Assembly: GCA_024137785.1 (NCBI GenBank)
Contig: JAHRHZ010000032.1
Coordinates: 4,900,149 to 4,964,148 of the forward strand
Direction of reading: 5' to 3'
From: Ginglymostoma cirratum
Lineage: Eukaryota
Length of the DNA: 64,000 bases
Under the pieces are notes generated by a model. It was not told where the DNA came from, searched no databases, and was given only the letters and a program-made list of their open reading frames with translations. Positions within the stretch are counted from its first letter, which is position 1; each line of letters begins with the position of its first letter. The position numbers were made by a program, and so were the translations under genes. Of the stretch, positions 51,362-62,388 are shown piece by piece.

Positions 51362-51495
51362 ATAATAACCAAAAGAACTGCGGATGCTGTAAATCAGGAA
51401 CAAAAACAGAAGTTGCTGGAAAAGCTCAGCAGGTCTGGCAGCATCTGCGAAGAAAAGTTAGAGTTAAGGTTTCAGGTCTGGTGACCCTTCCTCAG
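51362..51495 (-). mobile_element. Mini Penelope-like terminus ending at a hammerhead-like core
   Basis: Matches 13960-14085. Minus strand CTGAGGAAGGGTCACCAGACCTGAAAC; aattaata near both flanks. Confidence 0.75.
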
Positions 51496-51674
51496 AATTA
51501 ATATCACTTGGAAGACTTAACTTTGAAAGATTGTGGTTTACTTAAAAGAAGTCATTGAAAGCTCACTGTGGATATTGGAATTGTTTTTAAAAATAAAAGG
51601 TTTCTTATAAGCCACATGCATGGCAATTACTTCTTGCCTTGCTGAAACCCCTGCCAGATCTGGTTGAATTACAG

Positions 51675-51755
51675 GAAAGCCTGCCAAGAACAAGCTAGTT
51701 GAGGAAAGCCTGCTAAGAACAAACAGAGTTGGTAAAGCTTGCTAAGAATAAACTG
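51675..51755 (+). repeat. Degenerate tandem repeat of about 29 bp x3 within a possible old LTR (about 51500-52385)
   Basis: gaaagcctgccaagaacaagc / gaaagcctgctaagaacaaac / aaagcttgctaagaataaac. AATAAA at 52311; the LTR call is tentative. Confidence 0.55.
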
Positions 51756-51895
51756 CCCCACTGCTCTCTCTCATTCATGAAAAGAAAAGCCTCTTGCTCA
51801 GTTCAGATGAAACCTATTTGTTCCTTTGTAAGACCAATTGAGATTATATTTCCTGAGTAAGTTGTGTCTATAAGATTTCAGTGACGACTGTGGAC

Positions 51896-53611
51896 CATTT
51901 TCCAGGAACTAGTTTGCAAATGAAAGTGGTTTTGTTGTTTTAGTTCCTTTACATGTTACCGTGCAATCTGAGGAACTTGCCAACTTATGCCAAAACATCA
52001 GACCAATATACTCCGGAGTATCCTATGCTTTAGCCTTTTGTCTTCAACAATAACCCCCATTGGCTAAAGTGTGTTTTTTTTTCCCACAAAGCCAATCTCT
52101 GCAGAGGGATGTTTTGTTTTCCCTTTTCCTGAGACATGTCTGTGCATTTTGGGAATACTTAGAGGGATAAGCACTTATACTGCTACATTGCTGACTGTAT
52201 ATGTTACCCAATTATTACATCTTCATTGAATAAGTTTTGTTTTGCGAACAAATGGATATTTTTGTCTATTAAGAAGCCTTTGAAGGATCTTGTGTTTAAA
52301 ACCTGATATAAATAAAAGAATTTAACTTTTCAATCTTGGTATGTTGTGGATTAATGGAGTGAGAGTGATGGTGCTGTAGTTACACTGGACAGCATCATTG
52401 CTGAAATTTATAATCACAGGTCATCACAAAAGACAGATTAAGTGCACCTTACAAGAACAGTTCAAGTTGTACCCAGTCATTGAACAAGCTGAGACATGTA
52501 TGAGTCATATAGAGTCATAGAGATATACAGCACGGAAACAGACCATTCAGTCCAACTCAACCATGCTGACCTAAATTAATCAAATTAAGACATCCTAAAT
52601 TAATCCAGTCCCATTTGCTAGCATTTGGCCCAAATCCCTCTAAACCCTTCCTATTTATAAATCCATCCAGATGCCTTTTAAATGTTGTAATTGTACCAGC
52701 CTCCAACACTTCTTCTGGCAGCTCATTCCATACATGCACCACCCTCTCCATTAAAAAGTTGCCCCTTAATTCCCTTTTAAATCTTTTTCCTCTCACCTTA
52801 AACCTATGCCCTCTAGTTTTATATTCCGCTACCCTGGGTAAAAGACTTTGGCTATTCATCCTATCCAAGCCCCTCAAGCCTCTGACTCTCCAGGGAAAGT
52901 AGCCCCAGCCGATTCAGCCTCTCCCTATAGTTTAAACCCTCCAACTCTAGCAACATCCTTGTAAATTTTTTCTGAACCCTTTCAAGTTTCACAAATTCTT
53001 TCCTATAGTGGGGAGACCAGAATTGAATACAGTATTCCAAAAGCAGCCTAATCAGTGTCCTGTACAGCTGCAACATGACCTCCCAACTCCTATACTCAAT
53101 GCACTGACCAATAAAGGCAAATGTATCAAATGCCTTCATCAATATCCTGTTGACAACTGTTCTTATATAGAAGAATTAAAAAGATTATTCAGTGATGAAC
53201 TAGATAATTCAGAATATACTGAGGTTTAATGTGCCCAGCAACAAAGGTAGCTACAAAACCTGACTGAGAAACAGAGAAAGAGGTCCCCTTGTTCCAGCTT
53301 TTAATTTTCACTGGAATGATACTGCACCTGATTTTTTTTTTCTCTTTGCAATATTCATTGAAACCATCAATGTGATGTACAACAGGTATTATATCCAAAA
53401 AGCTGCTGTGTTTGCAGCCTTATTGTGTAAATCTGTATTACATTAATATTTAATCAAAGCACTTGCGTATTAACATACCAATTGCAATGTTGCTCCTGCT
53501 GGAAACTTGAAAATGACTTGCAGATTGCAAGTTCCTCAGATTGCATGGTAACATGTAAAGGAACTAAAATAACAAAAACACTTTCATTTGCAAACTAATT
53601 CCTGGAAAATG
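51896..53611. repeat. 85-bp inverted repeat (51896-51980 / 53527-53611)
   Basis: Reverse complements with four mismatches seen. Confidence 0.9.
52500..53140 (-). mobile_element. CR1 3' fragment
   Basis: ORFs 52861-53142 and 52557-52877 (LEYCIQFWSP, WNELPEEV) with a ctatgact-type tail. Confidence 0.9.
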
Positions 53612-55489
53612 AATCACTGTATCGAAAAGGAGGCTTTGGAATAATGTTTAACAACAGCAATCACTCCCTTTCAGTATACTGTACAGTATATACTACACTG
53701 CAGCAATGATGACTGGATGTTGAGGAACATTTCACAGGCGTCACTGCCGAAGTTCCATGGGTGTTCTGGCACACTTTCACTGTAACTTCAGAAGTAATCC
53801 GAAAAAACTCTGCAATGAGGATCAGAGCCCAGGCATGGCACTTTCTACTCATCCTTGTTAAGAACAGAACTGCGACCCACCATCTACAAGATGTGAGTTG
53901 TAAGACTGGATATGATCAGAGATGGAAGCTCCCATACAGTTCATAATCTCCTAGTCTCAAGGGAACAGTGGACAGGCAATACAGTTGGGTGAGAGGAAGT
54001 GTTTTAGCTTATTCATTTTCACATGTGGGGCCCACCTGCATTATATTCTGGACCTATGAAGAATTCTCAGCAATTCTGTTTCTCCTTATAAGGTCATCAA
54101 TGGCCCCAAGCAAATGTTATTTCCCACTGTGACTGGACAGCTCCTAATTCGTAGCATCCTCTCCACACCAGCATCTGAGAGCTGGCCTGATTAGGATGGC
54201 TGCCTTTTATAATTATTTAAGTTAAACAACTTCAATTTTATGAACCTTGATCGGAGCATTTATGCTGGATGTGCCAAAGGTGTTCATGCCCATTGTGCTT
54301 CAACACAGTCCAGCCTGCAGTCAATACGTACATAAAAATTGTCGTTTAAGCAGCAGCGATAAAAAAAACAATGCTGATATTACAGTTTTGAAAAACAAAC
54401 ATTACATGACTGATCTGCCACTAGTATGTCATCCACTTTAAATTAGCTCAGTGCTGACTGTATTCCCCAAAATTGTATATGATCTGGCAAGCAAAGCAAA
54501 TAGACTGAAACTATACAGACGACAGATTCCAGACAAAAGGGTTTAGAGAGTCTTGTGTGGTATACTCAGGCTGTTGAGAAGCACAATAAATCTACTATAC
54601 ATATAGATTAATGGAGCTGAGTGGATCAGGCATACATTAATCGATAATATATTGCAGTACCATCCTGAGGTTCATCTGATAAATGTCAGAGGTGTTCAGC
54701 TAGCAAATGCTTCCACTCCAAGGACTATTGTAACATCCCTCAAATCATTTTGAAATATAAAATGGATCAATTATTTCCAATTTTTAAAAACAATGCCTTT
54801 AATCTCTTCACTTCAACATCATATCTGCTTGCAGTTTCTAGCAGTGAATCATTATGAACATTTGAAATAGAACACAGTCTTCAAAAGGCGCCAGTCCAAT
54901 TTACCATACATTCTGTACTCAGAGCACTTTATTTAATGCCTCATTTCTTAGACAAAAGCTAGTCTTGGTATGATGAGTAAGTTTAGATTAATTAATATTT
55001 TGTTTACAGTAAGGATTCATGGCTGGAAAAATGAACTAAGAAATGAAATGAAAGAAATATAAAGAAAGCATTGCTTTTTTTTTCTCTATTTCTGCACATT
55101 GAAAAATAATAGGGTAAATATTCAAATATATGCAAGCTTTTGTTATGGAGCCATAAAAAGAAAGGGAGGGGAATATCTAAAGGCATTATCTCCATTGGAT
55201 TTTTACCTTTTTCCAGATTATCAAATGATTAATCTCTTACACACAAGTATGTGGATCCAGACTCAGATAGCACAGACAGACAGACAGACAACAGCACACT
55301 GATACGTACATATGATATGCAGGATCTGGATTTCATATTCCCTGACTGGTGGGTTTGAAGATGGTTTTGAGAATAGCAGGTAAAATTCAGAGAATGGCCC
55401 TCCTGCTGCCCAGTGTAGCAGTTGGCAGACAGCCTGACTGTCTTTGGGCCTATTAAAGCACTTAAACGGCTAAATAATGACCAACTAAA

Positions 55490-55553
55490 GCGGTGGCACA
55501 GTGGCACAGTGGTTAGCACTACTGCCTCACAGCACCAGGGACCTGGGTTTGAT
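55490..55553 (+). mobile_element. Isolated tRNA head of the HE1/V-SINE-like SINE, followed by decayed CR1 pieces (to about 56035)
   Basis: gtggcacagtggttagcactactgcctcacagcaccagggacctgggtttgatt; downstream KFVDDTK..WAKIWQLEYNVRKCEVMH. Confidence 0.75.
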
Positions 55554-57207
55554 TAAATAATCAAGTGCACGAAGTGGAGTGGAAATATGTACAATAACTA
55601 TCAAAGGAGAAAAAGACTAGGGAAACTAATGGTGCTGAAGGCAATAAGTCCCCCAGATCTGAGGGGTTGCATCCTAGGATATTGTAAATGTACCATCATC
55701 AAGTTTGTGGATGACACAAAAATAAATGGAAAAATTAGTGAGAATGACACAAAAAAGAGGGATATAGACAGGTTAAGTAAGTGGGCAAAAATTTGGCAGT
55801 TGGAATATAATGTGAGAAAATGTGAGGTTATGCATGTTTGCATGAAGAATAGAGGAGTTGAATTTAAATCAATGGCGAAAGACTGCAGAAAGCTACAGAA
55901 TCATGTCCAGAAGGTAATAGGTAAGGCACTGGACTGTTGGGTTTTATTTTAAAGTGAATTGATCATGAAAATAAGATTGTCTCACTCAATGAGCAAATGG
56001 CGAACTTCTACATGTACATCTTATGGTTTTATGGGATTGTTACGGGATTTATGGGATTCGCCACCTGAAACATCTTAGCCAAGAATGTGCAGATTATGTG
56101 CACTGTAAAGTCTAGCTCAAAAAATCACATAAGCAAACATATAAATTTGTCAGGAGAAATTATTATCAGGCATATATATATAAACAAAATTGCATGACTG
56201 CATAGTCATATTTTTAAAACCAGAAGACCTGGTTAATTTTATCACGACTATGTTTTTGTCCTCTATTCCGACTCCCACACTTCTTTTTCCTTTTTTCTAT
56301 CTGTGCAACCTTGAAGTCATCTTGTGAATTGAAAAAATTAAAAATTCTGGCGAAATTCCATCTGTTTGAGAAACAAAAGCGACTTTCAACGATGACTTTG
56401 TAACAATCAGAATCTAATGATATCCCTCGAGTTCCAGAATTGTCAGAACTAGAAATTTAAAGGGTTAATGATCTTAAGAATGGGACTATTAATAGGTCAA
56501 TCTGTATTCCTAATTACAGATCCCTGTTGGTGAGTTACATAGCAACAGATTAAATACACCAATTATGTTATCAAGGGAAAACTCAATAAAAGGGTTCTTT
56601 TAGTCCAAGCAAAACAATACAGTCTCTGCTGGGTAAAACACATTATTAGAGGCTGTCAATCACATCCTGCTAAACAGAATTCTGCTAGCACCATTTTAGA
56701 ATAAAGGTCGAAATGTCACTTTATTACTTCTGGCATTATAACTGTGCAATCATTCAAAGTGAGCTATCCTGGTCAATGAATAGGAAATATATGGAAGTGA
56801 TTAGGGAGTGATTTAGGGTGACATAGGCAAGCTAGTGCACAAAACGCTGAACAGACATTTGAAGGGGGAAAATGACTCCAATGTTCAAAGTCCTGGTCTG
56901 TGAAATTCAATAGGTCCTGAAACAAATATAGGGATTGCAATGCCCATTGCTTCTGATGCAGGCAGCAAGCAAACTCTGTGCTGCCTGCTCACTACCATTA
57001 CTGTAATGCAGCCAGTGTCATGTGCATTGTTCAGTGGCTGCATGTCTCTGTAGGATGTGCAAATTCATAAGAAACTAGCACTGCTTAAAGTTTGTCTGCA
57101 TTTCTTAAAGCCTGTCTATACCTCTTAAAGTGCTAGTGTGTTCTAGCTGTCACAGTTGCTGGAAGTGGCTGGAGAAGAGAGCACCTGATGATTAAAATCT
57201 CTGAAAT

Positions 57208-57740
57208 ATGGCAAAACAGGACAGCGAGTGATTCTCTGTTGCAGCCACGGCAGCATTAGTTCAGGAAATGGATAAGGTACAAGGAGGCCCTCCATTCAGA
57301 CACTGCAAAGGTTATGGTCAAGCTTGCAACATTGCCAGGAAGAATAGGATGCAGTGTTGTACAAAGTACAATGACCTCATGCGAACGGCCAAAGTCAGTA
57401 AATACATTTTCAAACGGCACTTCCCTACAATTGAACCACTCGCCTCACACACTGCTTCATTCACCCCACCACCTTTCTAAGCAACCTATTAACTGAAATT
57501 CCTGCCACAAATTCATAGCTATACCTTCACATCTCTCAGTACTGGCTATTCGACCATTGATAGTCTTATCATCAAAATTCATTACACCACGCTGTCTGAC
57601 AGGCTTTCTCTTACAGAAGAAGGTAACTGCAGGCAACAGCATCTAGAGATGTCCTCACCCTGATGGAGGGGATTGGGCTCACCATCATTGGAAAGGCCTT
57701 GACTGGGGTCATGACCAATGGAGGGGCTGAAACCCTTGTA
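57208..57740 (+). pseudogene. Decayed Myb/SANT-like gene of probable PIF/Harbinger transposon origin, with one intron
   Basis: AALVQEMD..RKNRMQCCTKYNDLMRTAK resembles the helix-3 motif of Harbinger Myb/SANT proteins. Donor gtcagt near 57394, acceptor ttctcttacag near 57616. Confidence 0.5.
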
Positions 57741-58690
57741 GAAGATATCATACCCAATTCTCCTTGTCACATCTCTCATCCCCCATATGGCACAACCACT
57801 TCTGACTTACAAGTTGCAGCTAGTACAACAATACTCTCCCACCCTTCCTTCATTCCAGTCCTAGCTTTGTATCTTTCTTCTCAACGATACCCAAGACCTG
57901 CCACCTGACCAGGTGGTGGTGCAGCAGCAAGAGGTAAAAGTGGATGAGGACACTGACGCTGACTGACTGATATCACTCGCTCTCACACTCTCAGCTGCCA
58001 GCTTAGATGTTGACATTGTGTATGCTGAGAGGATGGCAGAAAGGAGGAACTTGCACATGTTGCATCAAGAGGAAAGTGTGGGCTCCAGTTGAAACAGAGA
58101 GAAAAAGTAACACAGTGCCAGCTCATAGAAGGGTATGGTATACAGGACTTCTGCTGTAGAGGAATTTAATGGTGGCAAGTACAAATAAAATGCTGATGGA
58201 TAGACACATAGAAATATAACGCATTGGTTGCCCAGCCAGAAAGGTTACACGGCAAGGAGCACAGATGTGACCAAAAGGAACATTTTACAAGGCTTTCTGC
58301 AGGGATTGAAGCCTACTCTTCCCAGCATGGAAGTGACAGGTCAATCGATTAACACTCTGTGGCCCCAACCGTGATACAACATGGCAACACATCTCTCAGT
58401 TTCCAATACAGCAGAAAGTCACTCAACATCTGAGTGTTGCAGTGGAAACCCAGAGAGGTGGCATTATGTCTGTAGTTACCAGTGTTCAGAGGGGTTTACT
58501 CAGGGTTTCACAGCAATACAATAATTAATCCTCTAACACATTACTAGGTTTGCTAAGGCGCAAACCCAAGGAAACAGTAGTAGGTCTGTAAAACACAAAC
58601 TATTGTTCTGTCTCAGGATGGTAATGTTTATCCTTCGACTACTGTTACTCAACCAGTATTCAGTCAGCTAGCCAGCCCATATTGAATGGT

Positions 58691-60374
58691 ATCAGAGATA
58701 AAAGGTACTGCAGATGCTGGAGAATCCGAGATAACAAGCATGGGGCTGGATGAACACAGCAGGTCAAGCAGCATCATAGGAGCAGGAAAACTTGACGTTT
58801 CGGGCCTAAACCCTTCATCAGAAATGGGGGAGGGGAAGAGGGTTCTGAAATAAATAGGGAGAGAGGGGGAGGTGGATAGAAGATGGATAGAGGAGAGGAT
58901 AGGTGGAGAGGAGGCAGACAAGTCGAAGAGGCGGGGATGGAGCCAGTAAAGGTGAGCGTAGGTAGGGGGGTAGGGAGGAGATAGGTCAGTCCAGGGAGGA
59001 CAGACAGGTCAAGGGGGCGGGATGATGTTAGTAGATAGGAGATGGGGGTATGGCTTGATGTGAGAGGAAAAACAGGTGAGGGAGGTGGAGATGAGCTGGG
59101 CTGGTTTTGGGATGCGGTTGGGGGAGGGGAGATTTTGAAGCTTGTGAAATCCACATCGATGCCATTGGGCCGCAGGGTTCCCAGGCTGAATATGATTTGC
59201 TGTTCCTGCAGCCTTCGGGTGGCATCACTGTGGCATTGCAGGAGGCCCAGGATGGACATGTCATCTGAGGAATGGGAGGGGGAGTTGAAATGGTTCGCAA
59301 CTGGGAGGTGCAGTTGTTTGTTGCGAACTGAGCACAGGTGTTCTGCAAAGCGGTCCCCAAGCCTCCGCTTGGTTTCCCCGATGTAGAGGAAGCCACAACG
59401 GGTACAGCGGATGCAGTATACCACATTGGCAGATGTGCAGGTGAACCTCTGCCTGATGTGGAAAGTCTTCTTGGGGCCTGGGATTGGGGTGAGGGAGGAG
59501 GTGTGGGGGCAGGTGTAGCACTTCCTGCGGTTACAAGGAAAAGTGCCGGGTGTGGTGGGGCTGGAGGGGAGTGTGGAGTGGACAAGGGAGTCGCGGAGGG
59601 AGTGGTCCCTCTGGAAGGCAGATAAGGGTGGGGAGGGAAAAATGTCTTTGGTGGTGGGGTCTGATTGCAGATGGCAGAAGTGTCGGAGGATGATGCGTTG
59701 GATCCGGAGGTTGGTGGGGTGGTATGTGAGGACGAGGGGGATTCTTTTTTGGTTATTGTTGCGGGGACGGGGCGTGAGGGATGTGTTCCGGGACAAACAA
59801 CTGCACCTCCCAGTCGCGAACCATTTCAACTCCCCCTCCCATTCCTCAGATGACATGTCCATCCTTGGCCTCCTGCAATGCCACAGTGATGCCACCCGAA
59901 GGCTGCAGGAACAGCAAATCATATTCAGCCTGGTAACCCTGCAGCTTAATGGCATCAATGTGGATTTCACAAGCTTCAAAATCTCCCCTCCCCCAACCGC
60001 ATCCCAAAACCAGCCCAGCTCATCTCCACCTCCCTAACCTGTTTTTCCTCTCACCTCAAGCCACACCCCCATCTCCTATCTACTAACATCATCCCGCCCC
60101 CTTGACCTGTCCGTCCTCCCTGGACTGACCTATCTCCTCCCTACCCCCCTACCTACACTCACCTTTACTGGCTCCATCCCCGCCTCTTCGACTTGTCTGC
60201 CTCCTCTCCACCTATCCTCTCCTCTATCCACCTCCCCCTCTCTCCCTATTTATTTCAGAACCCTCTTCCCCTCCCCCATTTCTGATGAAGGGTTTAGGCC
60301 CGAAACATCAAGTTTTCCTGCTCCTATGATGCTGCTTGACCTGCTGTGTTCATCCAGCCCCATGCTTGTTATCT
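58691..60374 (-). mobile_element. Young Penelope-like insertion: 3' body with open GIY-YIG domain (58691-59787) plus an inverted partial copy (59793-60374), 13-bp TSD
   Basis: TSD catattgaatggt at 58678-58690 and 60375-60387. VYCIRCTRCGFLYIGETKRRLGDRFAEH..HF..E..I..LGT..PNG. Highly similar inverted arms of about 580 bp; hammerhead cores at 58790-58825 (-) and 60278-60313 (+). Confidence 0.95.
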
Positions 60375-60493
60375 CATATTGAATGGTGTTGTCCCAAAGA
60401 GGACTTCTATAGACTGCAAGGTCAGCTTCAGTTTCCCCCATTGTGAGCCATCAGCCTTTCTCCAGCCGTATTGCAGCCACTGGTGTGGCTCTG

Positions 60494-60872
60494 TTTTTTA
60501 TTCTTTCTTGGATGTGGACGTTGCTGACAAGGCCAGCATTTGTCGCTCATCCATAACTGCACTCAAACAGAATGGCTTGCTAGACAATTTCGGAGGATAG
60601 TTAATCCTTAATGACATTGCTGTGGCTCTGGAGTCACATGTAGGTCAGACCCCACCACCGTGCCCCCCTCCCCACTCCAAGTAAGAATGGCAGATTTCCT
60701 TCCCTTAATGGCATCAGTGAACCAGATGAGTTTTGACAATAATTAATGATAATGACATGGCATTGTTTATTTTCAATTCTAGATTTTCTTATGCACTCAT
60801 TTGAATTAATGTCCCTACAGCACTGGTTTTGGTCTCAGATTGCTGGTGCAGTGACGCTACCACATCATCTCT
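60494..60872 (-). mobile_element. Old tRNA-head SINE with a conserved central domain (Deu-domain/SacSINE1-like, from memory) and the tail of the ORF2-only LINE
   Basis: Head gatgtggtagcgtcactg; core agggaaggaaatctgccattcttac..gtctgacctacatgtgactccagagccacagcaatgt; tail aaatgctggccttgtcagcaacgtccacatcc plus an A-rich end. Confidence 0.78.
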
Positions 60873-61209
60873 TCTGCAGAGGAACACTACGACAAGCAAA
60901 GGCACTCTTAAGACAGGTACTAAAGAAATACACGGGGTGATTAGTTCATTTTTATATGAAATATTGTATTCTTTAATTTATTAAATTGGATTGGAACGCT
61001 TTGTGTTGGCTTTTATTTCAACTTTGTGGGGCTGAGACGTTCAGTACCAATGGGCAGTTAAATTGGGACTGTTTATGGGTGGGGAATTGTAAATGCATTC
61101 ACTGGCACTGCAGTTGGACAAGCAGATTCTGTATCGCTCATTTTGAAATGGGATGACTTGTTTGTCTCCTAGCTGCTCCTTTTTCTTCTCCTCAGTCACT
61201 TACTGGATA

Positions 61210-61725
61210 TAGAATCATGGAAGCAGACCAGTTGGCCCATTGAGTCCACATTGACCCTCCAAAAAGCATCCCACCCAGACATACACCCTGTACCCTACCC
61301 TATAGAAAGCTATTAGAATGTTATCATTGATTTAGAGGGAATTGAAAACAAAAGTAGGGAGTTATGCTTCAGTTATGTAGGGCATTAGTGAGACCACATT
61401 TAAAGTACAGTATTCGTGTTCATTTTAAGGAACGATGTAAATTCTTTGGAGGTACTTCACAGAAGATTTACTAGACTAATACGTGTAACTGCATTTCCCG
61501 TGGCTAATCCATGTAGCCTGCACATCCCTAGACACTATGGACAATTTAGCACAGTCAATCCACCTAACCTGCACATCTTTGGACAATGGGAGGAAACCGG
61601 AGTGCCCGGAGGAAACGCATGCAGACATTGGGAGAATGTGCAAACTCCACACAGACAGTCGCTCGAGGGTGGAATCGAACCCTGGCATATGAGGCAGCAG
61701 TGTTAACTACTGAGCCACAATGCCA
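61210..61725 (-). mobile_element. HE1/V-SINE-like SINE carrying a 186-bp templated insert
   Basis: A box TGGCTCAGTAG, B box GGTTCGATTCC and V-like domain; interrupted at 61304-61489. Confidence 0.88.
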
Positions 61726-62388
61726 TGTGGTGGCAATGTCTGTGCCCTTATGAAATTGGTGAAACTGTACAAGACACAGGGCACCATGAAGTAACACCAC
61801 ATATAAACTAGGAGCAAAGGTAGGCCACTTTCCCCCACAAGCTTCCTTGGCCATTCAGTAAGATCAATGATGACCTGACTGTAATGTCAAATCCACATTC
61901 CTACCTCTCTGTGATGACCTTTTGCCCCTTTGCTTATCAAAGATTTAACAAGGGATCGCTTCCACTGCCTTCTGAGGAAGAGCATTCCAAAGTTCATCGT
62001 GCTCTGTCATCAAATGACTTAATCTCTGTTTTAAAGTGGGTGGCCCTTTATTTTAAAACACTCTCCCACACAACATCCTTTCCATATCCACCCTGTCAGT
62101 ACTCGTCAAGATCTTATGTTTCAAGAAGGTATCACTAAACTTTCTAAACTCCAGTGATGCAAGCCTAGCAACTCCAACCTTTCCTCATATAACAGCCCAC
62201 CTGTTACACGTATTAGTCTAGTAAATCTTCTATGAAGTACCTCCAAAGAATTTACATCGTTCCTTAAAATGAACACGAATACTGTACTTTAAATGTGGTC
62301 TCACTAATGCCCTACATAACTGAAGCATAACTCCCTACTTTTGTTTTCAATTCCCTCTAAATCAATGATAACATTCTAATAGCTTTCT
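61304..62388. repeat. 186-bp inverted repeat (61304-61489 / 62203-62388)
   Basis: Reverse complements with one mismatch seen (cacagaag vs catagaag). Confidence 0.93.

Noticed and set aside
51675-51755. CRISPR-like repeat array
   Set aside because: Eukaryotic context, degenerate head-to-tail units without unique spacers, and no cas genes.
58774-59979. 401-aa ORF as a novel protein
   Set aside because: It crosses the inversion junction near 59790: the N-terminal part is the antisense reading of the inverted arm and the C-terminal part is terminal-repeat sequence. Only the central GIY-YIG region is genuine Penelope protein.
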